From an uncultured Gammaproteobacteria bacterium (GTDB taxonomy: Bacteria; Pseudomonadota; Gammaproteobacteria; Xanthomonadales; Xanthomonadaceae): DNA of 64,000 nt. The DNA lies in contig CAVROR010000012.1 in assembly GCA_963722915.1 (NCBI GenBank), positions 2,182 through 66,181 on the forward strand. The letters are read 5' to 3'. Position numbers and translations under genes: made by a program. The notes beneath the pieces were generated by a model. That model was given only the letters and a program-made list of their open reading frames with translations. It was not told where the DNA came from and made no database searches. How positions within the stretch are numbered: position 1 is the first letter of the stretch; each line of letters starts with the position of its first letter. Shown here piece after piece: positions 1 through 8,925 of the stretch.

Positions 1-403
1 CCATGTCGGTGCCGAAGGCCAGCGTGCGCGGCGTGCCGTTGACGTCCAGCTGAAGCGTGGTGGACTCGTCGGCGGTGGTCTCGACCATGTCCACGTACTG
101 CAGGTAGCTGTCGCCGTTTCCGGGCTTCAGCCCCATGCGCTGGAACTGCGCGGTCAGGTACTCGACCGTCTTCTGCTCGCCGATGCTGCCGGGGGCGCGG
201 CCGGCGAACTCGTCAGAGGACAGGATGCGCACGTGCTCGGCGAAATCGGCGGCGGTGATGGCCGGCTCGAATGCGTGGGCCGCGGCGGGGGCCTGGACGG
301 GGGTGGCGACCGGGGCCGGCGCTTCGGCCGGCCTGTTGCAGGCCGCGAGCACCAGCGCGGCGGCCACCAGCGTGGTGGCGGAGGAAAGCGGAGTGCGGTT
401 CAT
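1..403 (-). CDS. M28-family peptidase lipoprotein, N-terminal part (gene continues past window start)
   Basis: ATG at 403 (minus) after GGAG. Own translation MNRTPLSSATTLVAAALVLAACNRPAEAP (lipobox LAAC), then ITAADFAEHVRILSSDEFAGRAPGSIGEQKTVEYLTAQFQRMGLKPGN, typical of the N-terminal region of M28 aminopeptidases. Frame is open to position 1. Confidence 0.6.
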   Translation of the reverse strand, partial: MNRTPLSSATTLVAAALVLAACNRPAEAPAPVATPVQAPAAAHAFEPAITAADFAEHVRILSSDEFAGRAPGSIGEQKTVEYLTAQFQRMGLKPGNGDSYLQYVDMVETTADESTTLQLDVNGTPRTLAFGTDM

Positions 404-565
404 GGAAGCTCCGGGGCGGCCGATGGTCGGCGGAAGCCCCATTCTATGCGCGCGTGCGGGCGGGACGGGCGATGCACGGTGCCGCGCGTGCCCGCCTTGC
501 AGGGCGGGCTTGCCCGTGAGGGGGCCGGTGATGACGGCTGGAGCCGTTCCTCCCTGTCCGACGGA

Positions 566-1249
566 TCAGTCGCGCGGCGCGCGATCGCCTTCGTAGCGCT
601 GTGCGGTGGCACCGGTGACCGGCCCGATCCGTGCGGTGCTGTGCACGTACAGCTTGACCTCGCGTTCGAACACCAGCGGCCCGTCGACGCGGGCGTTGGG
701 ACCGACGATGACGCGCGGCACGCGCTGCTTGCCCAGGCCGATCCAGTTGCGCGTGGGCTTGGTGTAGCGGATGCCGCCGCGCACATGCGAGCCGGCCCCG
801 ACGGTGAGGTCGCCATTGACCGTCTCGACACTGCCGGCCACCGAGGTGGCGACCAGGCCGATCGCGCCGTTGACCGTTTCGATGTCGCCGCCGATGGCGC
901 CGCCGCGGTCGATGAAGACGCTGCCGTTGACGGTGCCGACATCGCCGCGGGTCTGCAGGCCGGTGCCGGCGCGGATGCTGCCGTTGACCGTGGACAGGCT
1001 GTCGGCGCGCACATCGTTGCCGACGGTGATGCTGCCGTTGACGGTCTCGGCATCGCGCAGTTGCACACCGGCGTCGACGCGGATGCTGCCGTTGACGGTT
1101 TCCAGGGTGCCGTAGGTCTGGCCGGCGTCGGCGCTGATGCTGCCGTTGACCTTGTCGATGCTGGTCTGGGCCAGGGCGGGCACGGCGCACAGCGCCAGCG
1201 TGAGCGACAGGGCGGCGGCGAGAGGACGGGCGGTGCGGAGGTGGGTCAT
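566..1249 (-). CDS. secreted repeat protein with about eight ~19-aa (T)VNGSI repeats, probable beta-helix, function unknown
   Basis: Last 227 codons of minus ORF 566..3046, starting MTHLRTARPLAAALSLTLALCAVPALAQT (signal peptide, ATG at 1249). Repeats: ETVNGSIRVDAG, ETVNGSITVGND, STVNGSIRAGTG, GTVNGSVFIDRG, ETVNGAIGLV, ETVNGDLTVGAG. The upstream part of the long ORF is antisense to gpmI. Confidence 0.7.
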   Translation of the reverse strand: MTHLRTARPLAAALSLTLALCAVPALAQTSIDKVNGSISADAGQTYGTLETVNGSIRVDAGVQLRDAETVNGSITVGNDVRADSLSTVNGSIRAGTGLQTRGDVGTVNGSVFIDRGGAIGGDIETVNGAIGLVATSVAGSVETVNGDLTVGAGSHVRGGIRYTKPTRNWIGLGKQRVPRVIVGPNARVDGPLVFEREVKLYVHSTARIGPVTGATAQRYEGDRAPRD

Positions 1250-1354
1250 GGTCGGTTCCCTGTGATCGGTCCGCGTGGGATGCGGCGGGTGGAGCTCAGG
1301 TTTAACCCGCTTGGCTACAATCGGCCCCTGCCTGAAGTCACCGGAACCATCGTC

Positions 1355-2944
1355 GTGCCCCAATCCATCACCACGCCCAACGGTCCGTCCACCGCTCAGG
1401 GCCGGGGCATCCGACCGGTCGTCCTGCTGATCCTGGACGGCTGGGGGCACCGCGACGACCCGACCGACAACGCCCTGGCGCAGGCCCGCCTGCCCAACTG
1501 GCATGCCCTGCTGGCGCGCGCACCGCACACGCTGATCCACACCGAGGGCCGCCATGTCGGGCTGCCGGAGGGGCAGATGGGCAACTCGGAGGTCGGCCAC
1601 ATGAACCTCGGGGCCGGCCGCATCGTCTACCAGGACCTGACGCGCATCGACGCGGCGATCGAGGACGGCAGTTTCCACCTCAACCCGCAACTGCGCGCCG
1701 CGTGCGCCGATGCATGCGTGCAGGGCCGCACGCTGCACCTGATGGCGCTGGTCTCGCCGGGCGGCGTGCACAGCCACGAACGCCACCTGCACGCGATGAT
1801 CGACCTGGCCCGCCGCGAGGGCGTGCCGCGGGTCGCAGTGCACGCGTTCCTCGACGGCCGCGACATGCCGCCGCAGTCGGCCGGTCCCAGCATCGACGCG
1901 CTGCAGGCGGTGTGTGACGCGGCCGGCAACGCGCGCATCGCCAGCGTCAGCGGACGCTACTACGCGATGGACCGCGACCAGCGCTGGGACCGCGTGCGCC
2001 GCGCATGGGATGCGATGGTCGAGGCCTCCAGCGACCACCATGCGCCCGATGCGCGCACCGCGCTCGGCGATGCATATGCGCGCGGCGAGACCGACGAGTT
2101 CGTGCTGCCGACCGTGATCGACGACGGCGCGACGATGCGCGACGGCGACGCGGTGGTGTTCATGAACTTCCGCGCCGACCGCGCCCGGCAACTGACGGCG
2201 GCGTTCGTCGCGGGCGACTTCCACGGGTTCGAGGCGCGCCGCCCGCAGCTGTCGCGCTTCGTCTGCCTGACCGAGTACGACGCGCGCCTGCCGGCGCCGG
2301 TGGCCTTCGCGCCCGACGACCTGCGCGACACGCTGGGTGACGTGGTCGCCGCTGCCGGGCTGCGCCAGCTGCGCATCGCCGAGACCGAAAAATACGCACA
2401 CGTAACGTTCTTCTTCAGCGGCGGGCGCGAGGCGCCGTTCGAGGGCGAGCAGCGCATCCTGGTGCCCAGTCCGAAGGTCGCCACCTACGACCTGCAGCCG
2501 GAGATGAGCTGCCCTGAGGTCACCGCGCGCCTGGTGGCGGCGATCCGCAACGGCGAGTGCGACGTGGCCATGTGCAACATCGCCAACCCCGACATGGTCG
2601 GTCACACCGGCAACTTCGCCGCTGCGGTGCTGGCCGCCGAGGCCGTGGACGTGGCGATCGGCGAAATCGCCCGCGCCGTGGACGAGGTGGACGGCGCGCT
2701 GCTGGTCACCGCCGACCACGGCAACCTGGAACTGATGCACGACGCCGCCACCGGGCAGCCGCACACCGCGCACACGGTCGGCCCGGTGCCGTTCGTCTAT
2801 GCCGGCCCGCGCCCGGCGCGGTTGCGCGACGGCGGCGCACTGCAGGACGTGGCCCCCACCGTTCTCGACCTGCTGGGCCTGCCGCAGCCGTCGTCGATGA
2901 CCGGGCGCAGCCTGCTGCTCGCCGGGGACGGCGCGGCCGCCTGA
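1355..2944 (+). CDS. gpmI: 2,3-bisphosphoglycerate-independent phosphoglycerate mutase
   Basis: Motifs VVLLILDGWGHRDD, NSEVGHMNLGAGR, VTADHGNLE in ORF 233..2944. About 529 aa if started at GTG 1355; the upstream 370 codons of the ORF overlap the antisense gene. Start codon is uncertain. Confidence 0.9.
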   Translation: MPQSITTPNGPSTAQGRGIRPVVLLILDGWGHRDDPTDNALAQARLPNWHALLARAPHTLIHTEGRHVGLPEGQMGNSEVGHMNLGAGRIVYQDLTRIDAAIEDGSFHLNPQLRAACADACVQGRTLHLMALVSPGGVHSHERHLHAMIDLARREGVPRVAVHAFLDGRDMPPQSAGPSIDALQAVCDAAGNARIASVSGRYYAMDRDQRWDRVRRAWDAMVEASSDHHAPDARTALGDAYARGETDEFVLPTVIDDGATMRDGDAVVFMNFRADRARQLTAAFVAGDFHGFEARRPQLSRFVCLTEYDARLPAPVAFAPDDLRDTLGDVVAAAGLRQLRIAETEKYAHVTFFFSGGREAPFEGEQRILVPSPKVATYDLQPEMSCPEVTARLVAAIRNGECDVAMCNIANPDMVGHTGNFAAAVLAAEAVDVAIGEIARAVDEVDGALLVTADHGNLELMHDAATGQPHTAHTVGPVPFVYAGPRPARLRDGGALQDVAPTVLDLLGLPQPSSMTGRSLLLAGDGAAA

Positions 2945-4218
2945 TGCGCATCCGCCTGCGCACCGGCGTGCGACCGCTGGCGGCGGCGATGCTGGCGTTC
3001 GCGCTGCTCGCGTGGGCGCTGCCCGTGCCTGCCCAGCCGGTGCCAACCCAAAGCAGCCGCGAGGCCGAGCGCCGGCTGGAGCGCATCCGCAGCGAGCTCA
3101 AGGCCGTCGCCGCCGAGCGGCGCACGCTGGAGGGCGAACGCGGCACCGCGGCGCGCGCCCTGCGCCAGGCTGACGAGGCTGTGGGTCTCTCCACACGGCA
3201 GCTGGCGCAGACGCGCGAGCGCCTGGCGCAGGAGCAGCAGGCGCTGCAGGCCGTGCAACGCGACCGCGCGCAGTTGCGGGTGCGGCTGGACGAGCAGCGC
3301 ACCCAGCTGGCGCGCCTGCTGCGCGCGGCCTACCGCGAACGCGACGATGCCCCGCTCAAGGCGCTGCTGGCGCAGGACCGCCTCGCCGACGCCAACCGCG
3401 TGCTGGCCTACCACCGCTACCTGCAGCGCCACCGCGCCACACGCCTGGTCGCGCTGTCGCAGGACCTGCGCGAGATGGACCGCGTCGAAAGCGAAATCGT
3501 GCAGCGCCAGGCGCAGCTCGATGCCACCCGCGAGCAGCTGGAGCAGCAACTGGCCGGCCTGGAGCGCGACCGTGGCACGCGCGCCGAGGTGGTGGCGCGG
3601 CTGGATCGCAGCCACCAGGACCGCGCGGCGCGCGAACGTGCACTGGGTCGCGATGCGAAGTCGCTCGAACAACTGCTGGCACGCCTCCGCGCAACCGCCG
3701 CCCGCGCCCAGGCGGCGCGCCGCGCGGCCGAGCAGAAGGCCGCGCGCGACGCCACGCGGCCCCCGGCCAGCGGCGGTGCGCGTCCGGCGCCGGCGCGTGC
3801 GCCCGCGCGAGCCGTGGCGTCGGCCCCGCCCCCGCAGGTGGGCGGCATGGGCTGGCCGGTGTCGGGTGCGCTGCTGGCCGGTTACGGCGGCCGGCTGCCG
3901 GACGGGCGCGGCACCAGCACCGGCCTGCTGATCGGTGCCGCCGCCGGCGCGCCCGTGCGCGCGGTGGCCGACGGGCAGGTGGTGTACGCCGAATGGATGA
4001 CCGGCTACGGCCTGCTGCTGATCGTCGACCACGGCAACGGTTACATGAGCCTGTACGCCCACAGCGACGCGCTGCTCAAGGACGCCGGCGACCGCGTGAC
4101 AAAGGGCGAGGCGGTGGCGGCGGTGGGCAGCTCCGGCGGCCACGGCCGGCCGGCGCTGTACTTCGAATTGCGCCGCAACGGCCAGCCGGTGGATCCCGCG
4201 GCCTGGCTGCGACGCTGA
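2944..4218 (+). CDS. envC: murein hydrolase activator EnvC-like, coiled-coil plus M23/LytM domain
   Basis: ATG 2944 overlaps the gpmI stop (TGATG). Signal peptide MRIRLRTGVRPLAAAMLAFALLAWALPVPAQP, a long Q/R/E/L coiled-coil region, and C-terminal LLIVDHGNGYMSLYAHSDALLKDAGDRVTKGEAVAAVGSSGG. Confidence 0.85.
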   Translation: MRIRLRTGVRPLAAAMLAFALLAWALPVPAQPVPTQSSREAERRLERIRSELKAVAAERRTLEGERGTAARALRQADEAVGLSTRQLAQTRERLAQEQQALQAVQRDRAQLRVRLDEQRTQLARLLRAAYRERDDAPLKALLAQDRLADANRVLAYHRYLQRHRATRLVALSQDLREMDRVESEIVQRQAQLDATREQLEQQLAGLERDRGTRAEVVARLDRSHQDRAARERALGRDAKSLEQLLARLRATAARAQAARRAAEQKAARDATRPPASGGARPAPARAPARAVASAPPPQVGGMGWPVSGALLAGYGGRLPDGRGTSTGLLIGAAAGAPVRAVADGQVVYAEWMTGYGLLLIVDHGNGYMSLYAHSDALLKDAGDRVTKGEAVAAVGSSGGHGRPALYFELRRNGQPVDPAAWLRR

Positions 4219-4443
4219 CCGTGCGCCTGTCAGGCCACGTCCGATCCATTGCATCCTGCTTGATCGGACATCGCACGCCCGGACCACGCCCGCTCTTGCG
4301 TCCGCTGCCGTCCATCGCGCGCCGGACCTCTGACATGATCTGCGGTTCTTTAACGAAAGCTTGCCCCGTGCGTCCCTAACGTGGATGCGGGCCCGGGACC
4401 CGGGCCAACGCGATCCGACCGCCCGATCTTTCCGGAGACCTCC

Positions 4444-5919
4444 ATGCGCCTGCGATGCCTGACTCCCCTCCTGCTGGCGATGCTGCTGCCCGGCCCGGCA
4501 GGCGCGCAGGACGCACCGCCGCCGCCGCCCCCGCTGGAGCAGCAGGACGCCGCGCCGCCGCCGTCCGACGCCGGGCACCCTGCGCCGCCGGAGGCACCTG
4601 CCCCACAGGATCCGCCCGATGCGACGCCCGCTCCGGCGCCGGTAGATGGTCCCGCGCCTGTCGATACCGATACCGATGCCGATACAGAGTCCGCGGATCC
4701 CGCTACGTCCGCCGTCAGCCCGGGCGCCGCCAGTGCCCTGCCGCTGGACGAGATCCGCCGCTACGTGGCCGTCTACAACGCGGTGAAGCAGGCCTACGTG
4801 GAGCCCGTGTCGGACAGCGAGCTGATGCAGTCGGCCATCCGCGGCCTGCTGCTGGACCTGGACCCGCACAGCGTCTACCTGCGCAAGGAGGACGCGGCCA
4901 ACTTCGACGACAACGCGCGCGGCGCCTACGAAGGCGTCGGCGTCGAGTTGCTGCGCCTGCCCGACGGCACCCTGCAGGTGGTCGCGCCGATCGACGACAC
5001 GCCCGCCGCCCGCGCCGGCATGCGCGCCGGCGACCGCATCATCGCCATCGACGGCACGCCCATGCAGGCCAGCCAGGCCGACAGTTCCGCGCCGCTGCGC
5101 GGCCCCGCCGGCAGCGAGGTGGTGCTGACGGTGGAGCGCGAGGGCCGCGAGGGCCCGTTCGACGTCACCCTCAAGCGCGAAACCATCCGCATCACAAGCG
5201 TCCGCAGCCGCATGCTGGAACCGGGTTACGGGTACGTGCGCATCGCCGCGTTCCAGGCCGACACCGCGGCGGATTTCGCGCGCCAACTCGACACGCTCAA
5301 GCAGCAGTCCGGCGGGCGCCTGCGCGGGCTGGTGATCGACGTGCGCAGCAATCCGGGCGGGCTGCTGACCTCGGCGGTGCAGATCGCCGACGAACTGCTC
5401 GAACGCGGCGCGATCGTCGCCACCCGCGGTCGCCTGGCGATCAGCGACGCGCGTTTCGGCGCGACCCCGGGCGACCGCCTCGACGGTGCGCCGGTGGTGG
5501 TGCTGGTGGATGCGGGTTCGGCCAGTGCCGCCGAGGTGTTGGCCGGCGCCCTGCGCGACAACGACCGCGCCCGCGTCGTCGGCAGCCGCACCTTCGGCAA
5601 GGGCTCGGTGCAGACGGTGCTGCCGCTGGACAACGGCGACTCGGTCAAGCTCACCACTGCGCGCTACTACACCCCCAGCGGCCGCTCCATCCAGGCCCAG
5701 GGCATCACCCCGGACGTGGTGCTCCGGGCCGAGAACGGAGACGGTGACGCGCGGCCACGCAGCTTCAGCGAAGCCAGCCTGCCGGGCCACCTCAGCGGCG
5801 ACAGTGAACTGCTGGCCGGCAACACCGCCGGCGAAGTGCTGGAGGGCAACCGCTATATCGATGAAGCGTTGGCCGAACTCAAGCGGTCGGCCTCGACGAT
5901 GGCCGCGACGCGGCGCTGA
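4444..5919 (+). CDS. ctpA: S41 carboxy-terminal processing protease
   Basis: Signal peptide MRLRCLTPLLLAMLLPGPAGA, a Pro-rich linker, PDZ region (PAARAGMRAGDRIIAIDG), and catalytic-type motifs GSASAAEVLAGALRDN and FGKGSVQTV. Confidence 0.9.
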   Translation: MRLRCLTPLLLAMLLPGPAGAQDAPPPPPPLEQQDAAPPPSDAGHPAPPEAPAPQDPPDATPAPAPVDGPAPVDTDTDADTESADPATSAVSPGAASALPLDEIRRYVAVYNAVKQAYVEPVSDSELMQSAIRGLLLDLDPHSVYLRKEDAANFDDNARGAYEGVGVELLRLPDGTLQVVAPIDDTPAARAGMRAGDRIIAIDGTPMQASQADSSAPLRGPAGSEVVLTVEREGREGPFDVTLKRETIRITSVRSRMLEPGYGYVRIAAFQADTAADFARQLDTLKQQSGGRLRGLVIDVRSNPGGLLTSAVQIADELLERGAIVATRGRLAISDARFGATPGDRLDGAPVVVLVDAGSASAAEVLAGALRDNDRARVVGSRTFGKGSVQTVLPLDNGDSVKLTTARYYTPSGRSIQAQGITPDVVLRAENGDGDARPRSFSEASLPGHLSGDSELLAGNTAGEVLEGNRYIDEALAELKRSASTMAATRR

Positions 5920-5937
5920 AGCCTTCGGCCCGCCGCG

Positions 5938-6258
5938 TCAGCGCGGCCGGGTCGGCAGCGGGAACGGGGTGACCACCGTCTCGCCCGTGGCGGCATCGCG
6001 GATCGCCGACGTGCCTTTGCGCTCGACCTCCTCGATCCGCACGATGCTCTGCATCGGCAGGTGCAGCACGCGGGTCTGGCCGAACTCCTCGCGCAGCCGC
6101 TCTTCCGTGGGATCGACCACCACCCCCTCGTGCACGTCGAACACCAGATCGGCCACCTCGGTAAAGCCCCACAGCGCGCCGGATGCGACGCGCCGGGCGT
6201 ACAACTCGTACACCCTTCCGGCATTGAGGAAGGTCACCTTGTAGAGCGGCTTGGGCAT
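5938..6258 (-). CDS. DUF1820-like small conserved protein
   Basis: MPKPLYKVTFLNAGRVYELYARRVASGALWGFTEVADLVFD... from ATG at 6258. The 25 upstream codons of ORF 5938..6333 look like run-on. Confidence 0.65.
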   Translation of the reverse strand: MPKPLYKVTFLNAGRVYELYARRVASGALWGFTEVADLVFDVHEGVVVDPTEERLREEFGQTRVLHLPMQSIVRIEEVERKGTSAIRDAATGETVVTPFPLPTRPR

Positions 6259-6351
6259 CGGTACGGGCACGCGTGTCAGGTGCCGATACGGTGGGGGCAT
6301 GCATGCCGCATCGCAAGCATCCGCCGCTGACAACAGTCGGCTTCACCCGTG

Positions 6352-6415
6352 CCCGAAACCCGAATCACCCAATCCCGAATCCCGAATCCCGAATCCCGAA
6401 TCCCGAATCCCTAAT
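6352..6415. repeat. heptanucleotide tandem array (CCCGAAT)n, 5 perfect plus about 4 degenerate units
   Basis: Perfect units at 6374-6408, flanked by cccgaaa, cccgaat, cacccaat and ccctaat. The last unit overlaps the rhomboid stop codon (6415-6417). Confidence 0.95.
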
Positions 6416-7173
6416 CAATACCCCCGCCTGCGCCGCAGTCGCCGCGCGATGCCGGCCCGGGCCAGCAGGGCGAAAGCGCCGCCGAACGCGAAGCCCGCCA
6501 GGTGCGCCGACCACGCCACCGCGCCGAACGCCGGGCCGATGAAGGTGAACACCATCTGCAGCAGTGCCCACACGCCGATCAGCAGCGCCGCCGGCACCTT
6601 CACGAACTGCAGGAACAGCCCCAGCGGCACCACCAGCCCCAGCCGTGCGCCGGGAAACAGCGCCAGGTACGCGCCGATCAGTGCCGACACCGCCCCGCTG
6701 GCGCCCATGATGAGCCGGTCGGGCGTGTTGATGGCGATTACCGCGGCCAGGTTGGCCACCGCGCCGCCGGCCAGGAACAGCAGCAGGAACCGCCACGGCC
6801 CCATCGCGCGTTCGGCCGGCAGCCCGAAGATCAGCAGGAACACCAGGTTGCCCAGCAGGTGGGCCCAGTCGGCATGCAGGAACAGCGCGCTGGCCAGCCG
6901 CAGGCTGTTGCCGTCGTGCAGCGAGGCGCGCCAGGCTTCAGGCGAGGCCAGCCCGCCCGACAGCGCCGCCCAGTCCAGCAGGAGCCGCCGCTGCTCACCG
7001 TCCGGTGCCACCAGTACCCAGGTGAAGCACAGCCACAGCACCGCGAACAACAGCGGCGTGGCCCAGCGCAGCGGTGCCTTCTGGCGGGAGGGAACGGCGA
7101 TGAACACGGCATCGACTCGGTTGGGTAGGCGGGCGTGGCGGCGGGCACGGTAGCGTGCCCGCCCCGGGCACAT
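6415..7173 (-). CDS. rhomboid-family intramembrane serine protease
   Basis: Multi-TM protein with GASGAVSALIGAY (GxSG) and HLAGFAFGG (His) motifs. ATG at 7173 or GTG at 7107, so the start is uncertain. Confidence 0.8.
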   Translation of the reverse strand: MCPGRARYRARRHARLPNRVDAVFIAVPSRQKAPLRWATPLLFAVLWLCFTWVLVAPDGEQRRLLLDWAALSGGLASPEAWRASLHDGNSLRLASALFLHADWAHLLGNLVFLLIFGLPAERAMGPWRFLLLFLAGGAVANLAAVIAINTPDRLIMGASGAVSALIGAYLALFPGARLGLVVPLGLFLQFVKVPAALLIGVWALLQMVFTFIGPAFGAVAWSAHLAGFAFGGAFALLARAGIARRLRRRRGY

Positions 7174-7292
7174 TGTTAGCGTTCGGTTAACCCCCGCGCT
7201 ATAGTGCATACGGCCACGTACGTCGGAAACCGCCCGCCGGTCCGCCGCGACGTGAAGCCCGCGGCCCGCCCCCGGCCCGCGCTCCAATCGGC

Positions 7293-7327
7293 GATCCGTG
7301 ATCCGGCATCCACGATCCGTGATCCGC
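7293..7327. repeat. heptanucleotide tandem array (GATCCGN)5
   Basis: gatccgt gatccgg catccac gatccgt gatccgc, located 46 nt upstream of the fadL ATG. Confidence 0.85.
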
Positions 7328-7372
7328 GCAGCACCCCACACCCCACAGAACACTCCACTGGAGAGATCACGC

Positions 7373-8716
7373 ATGCAACACGCACACCGCCTCACGCGCC
7401 TGTCGGCGCTCGCGCTGGGCATCACCGGCGCGCTGGCCTTCGGCCAGGTCCAGGCATCGGGCTTCCAGCTCAAGGAAAACAGCGTCAAGTCGATGGGCAG
7501 CGCGTTCGCCGGTTCCGGCGTGAAGACCGGCGACACCTCGGTGGTCGTCAACAACCCGGCCACGATGACGCAGTTCGAAGGCACCACCGTGCAGGCCGAC
7601 GTGACCGTCATCGACCTCAACTATGAATTCCAGGGCAGCGGCACCGACGCGCTCGGCCGCCCGCTGACCGGCAGCAACGGCGGCAACGCCGGTGGCGTCA
7701 CCCCGGTGCCGGCGCTGTCGGTCGTGCACAAGCTCGACAACGGCGTGGCGCTGGGTGCGATGGTCTCGGCGCCGTTCGGACTGAAGACCGAGTATGAATC
7801 CGGCTGGGTCGGCCGCTACTTCGCGCAGACCTCGGACGTGAAGATCGTCGACCTGACGTTCTCGGCCGCCGTCGACGTCACCGACCGCTTCTCCGTCGGC
7901 GTCGGCGCGATCTACTCCAGCGCGGACGTGACCCTGTCGCGCGCGGTGGACTTCGGCACGCTGCTGTTCTCCAACCCGGCCACGCGCCCGCTGCCGTTCG
8001 CGCAGCCGCAGGCCCGCGACGGGTTCATCGAGGTCAGCGGCGACGACACCGGCTTCGGCTGGCTGGTGGGTGCCAACCTGCGCCCGACCGACCGCCTGGC
8101 GCTGGGCCTGAGCTACCGCTCGGAAATCGACTACGACCTGACCGGCACCGCCGACTGGACCGTGCCGCAGGACGTGGCGGCCGTGTTCGGTGCCAGCCCC
8201 ACCACCGCCCCGCTGTTCCGGGACGGCGGCGTGACCGCCAAGCTGACCACCCCGTCGATCACCTCGGTGGCGGCCACCTACGACATCACCGACCGCTTCA
8301 AGGTGATGGCGACCTGGTCGGAGACCGGCTGGTCCTCGCTGCGCGAAGTGCGCATCAACTTCGACAACCCCGATCCGGATGCGGTCGAGCCGTTCGTGTG
8401 GAAAGACACCGTGTTCGCCTCGCTGGGCGCGGAGTACAAGCTCAACGACGCGTGGACCCTGCGCGGCGGCGTGGCCCACGACGAGACCCCGACCAGCATC
8501 GAGCACCGCACCCCGCGCCTGCCCGACGACGACCGCGTGTGGTATTCGCTCGGCGCCACCTGGATGGTCAGCCCGGCGCTGGACGTGAGCTTCGCCTACA
8601 CCCGCATCGAGCCGAAGGACCCGAAGGTGGACATCGCCAGCGGCGGCAGCCGGCTCACCGGCCCGTTCGACGGCAACGCCAACCTGGTCGGCGTGTCGGC
8701 GCAGTACCGCTTCTGA
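7373..8716 (+). CDS. fadL: long-chain fatty acid outer-membrane transporter (FadL/OmpP1/TodX family)
   Basis: GGAGAG RBS before ATG 7373. Signal peptide ending AFGQVQASGFQLKENSVKSMGSAFAG (family N-terminal hatch motif). C-terminal beta-barrel signature GVSAQYRF. Confidence 0.9.
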   Translation: MQHAHRLTRLSALALGITGALAFGQVQASGFQLKENSVKSMGSAFAGSGVKTGDTSVVVNNPATMTQFEGTTVQADVTVIDLNYEFQGSGTDALGRPLTGSNGGNAGGVTPVPALSVVHKLDNGVALGAMVSAPFGLKTEYESGWVGRYFAQTSDVKIVDLTFSAAVDVTDRFSVGVGAIYSSADVTLSRAVDFGTLLFSNPATRPLPFAQPQARDGFIEVSGDDTGFGWLVGANLRPTDRLALGLSYRSEIDYDLTGTADWTVPQDVAAVFGASPTTAPLFRDGGVTAKLTTPSITSVAATYDITDRFKVMATWSETGWSSLREVRINFDNPDPDAVEPFVWKDTVFASLGAEYKLNDAWTLRGGVAHDETPTSIEHRTPRLPDDDRVWYSLGATWMVSPALDVSFAYTRIEPKDPKVDIASGGSRLTGPFDGNANLVGVSAQYRF

Positions 8717-8745
8717 TCGGCTGACCGGTCAACCGGTTGCAACAG

Positions 8746-8773
8746 AAAAACCCCGCCTCGGCGGGGTTTTTTT
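8746..8773 (+). terminator. rho-independent terminator of fadL
   Basis: aaaaaCCCCGCCtcgGCGGGGttttttt, 30 nt after the fadL stop. Confidence 0.85.
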
Positions 8774-8925
8774 ATGGATGCAAGGGACGGGCGACATAGC
8801 CTGCGTCGGTCGTTTGGCCCATCTGAAACCTGAAAGTGATCTGCCGCCGCCAGTGTCATGCAGACGGTGAAGCAGATCCCTCTCTGCGTTCGGGACTGAC
8901 CTGCCCCCAGTAGCCGTACCGCCAG

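Noticed and set aside
233-2944. 903-aa ORF suggesting a giant GpmI with a 370-aa Gly/Arg/Asp-rich N-terminal extension
   Set aside because: The extension is the antisense shadow of the VNGSI-repeat gene (566-1249) and of intergenic DNA. GpmI similarity begins only around 1355. This is a typical high-GC open-frame artefact.
4240-4270. Hairpin GTCCGATC-N15-GATCGGAC after envC as a terminator
   Set aside because: The loop is long (15 nt), there is no T-tract, and ctpA follows in the same orientation and may be co-transcribed. The evidence is too weak.
2797-5790. 997-aa minus-strand ORF (and similar long shadow ORFs at 25469-27559, 29707-31710, 38469-40190, 46365-48212, 48231-50666 in part, and 57209-59020)
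   Set aside because: All are antisense to genes with strong family motifs. Their translations are Arg/Gly/Ala/His-rich low-complexity sequence with no motifs, as expected in ~70% GC DNA lacking stop codons.
6352-6415. Telomere-like heptamer repeats (CCCGAAT, CCCCAAT) as possible replicon ends or eukaryotic contamination
   Set aside because: The arrays are only about 35-64 bp, are embedded between normal bacterial genes on a contiguous sequence, and occur at four internal loci. They are intergenic microsatellites, not telomeres.
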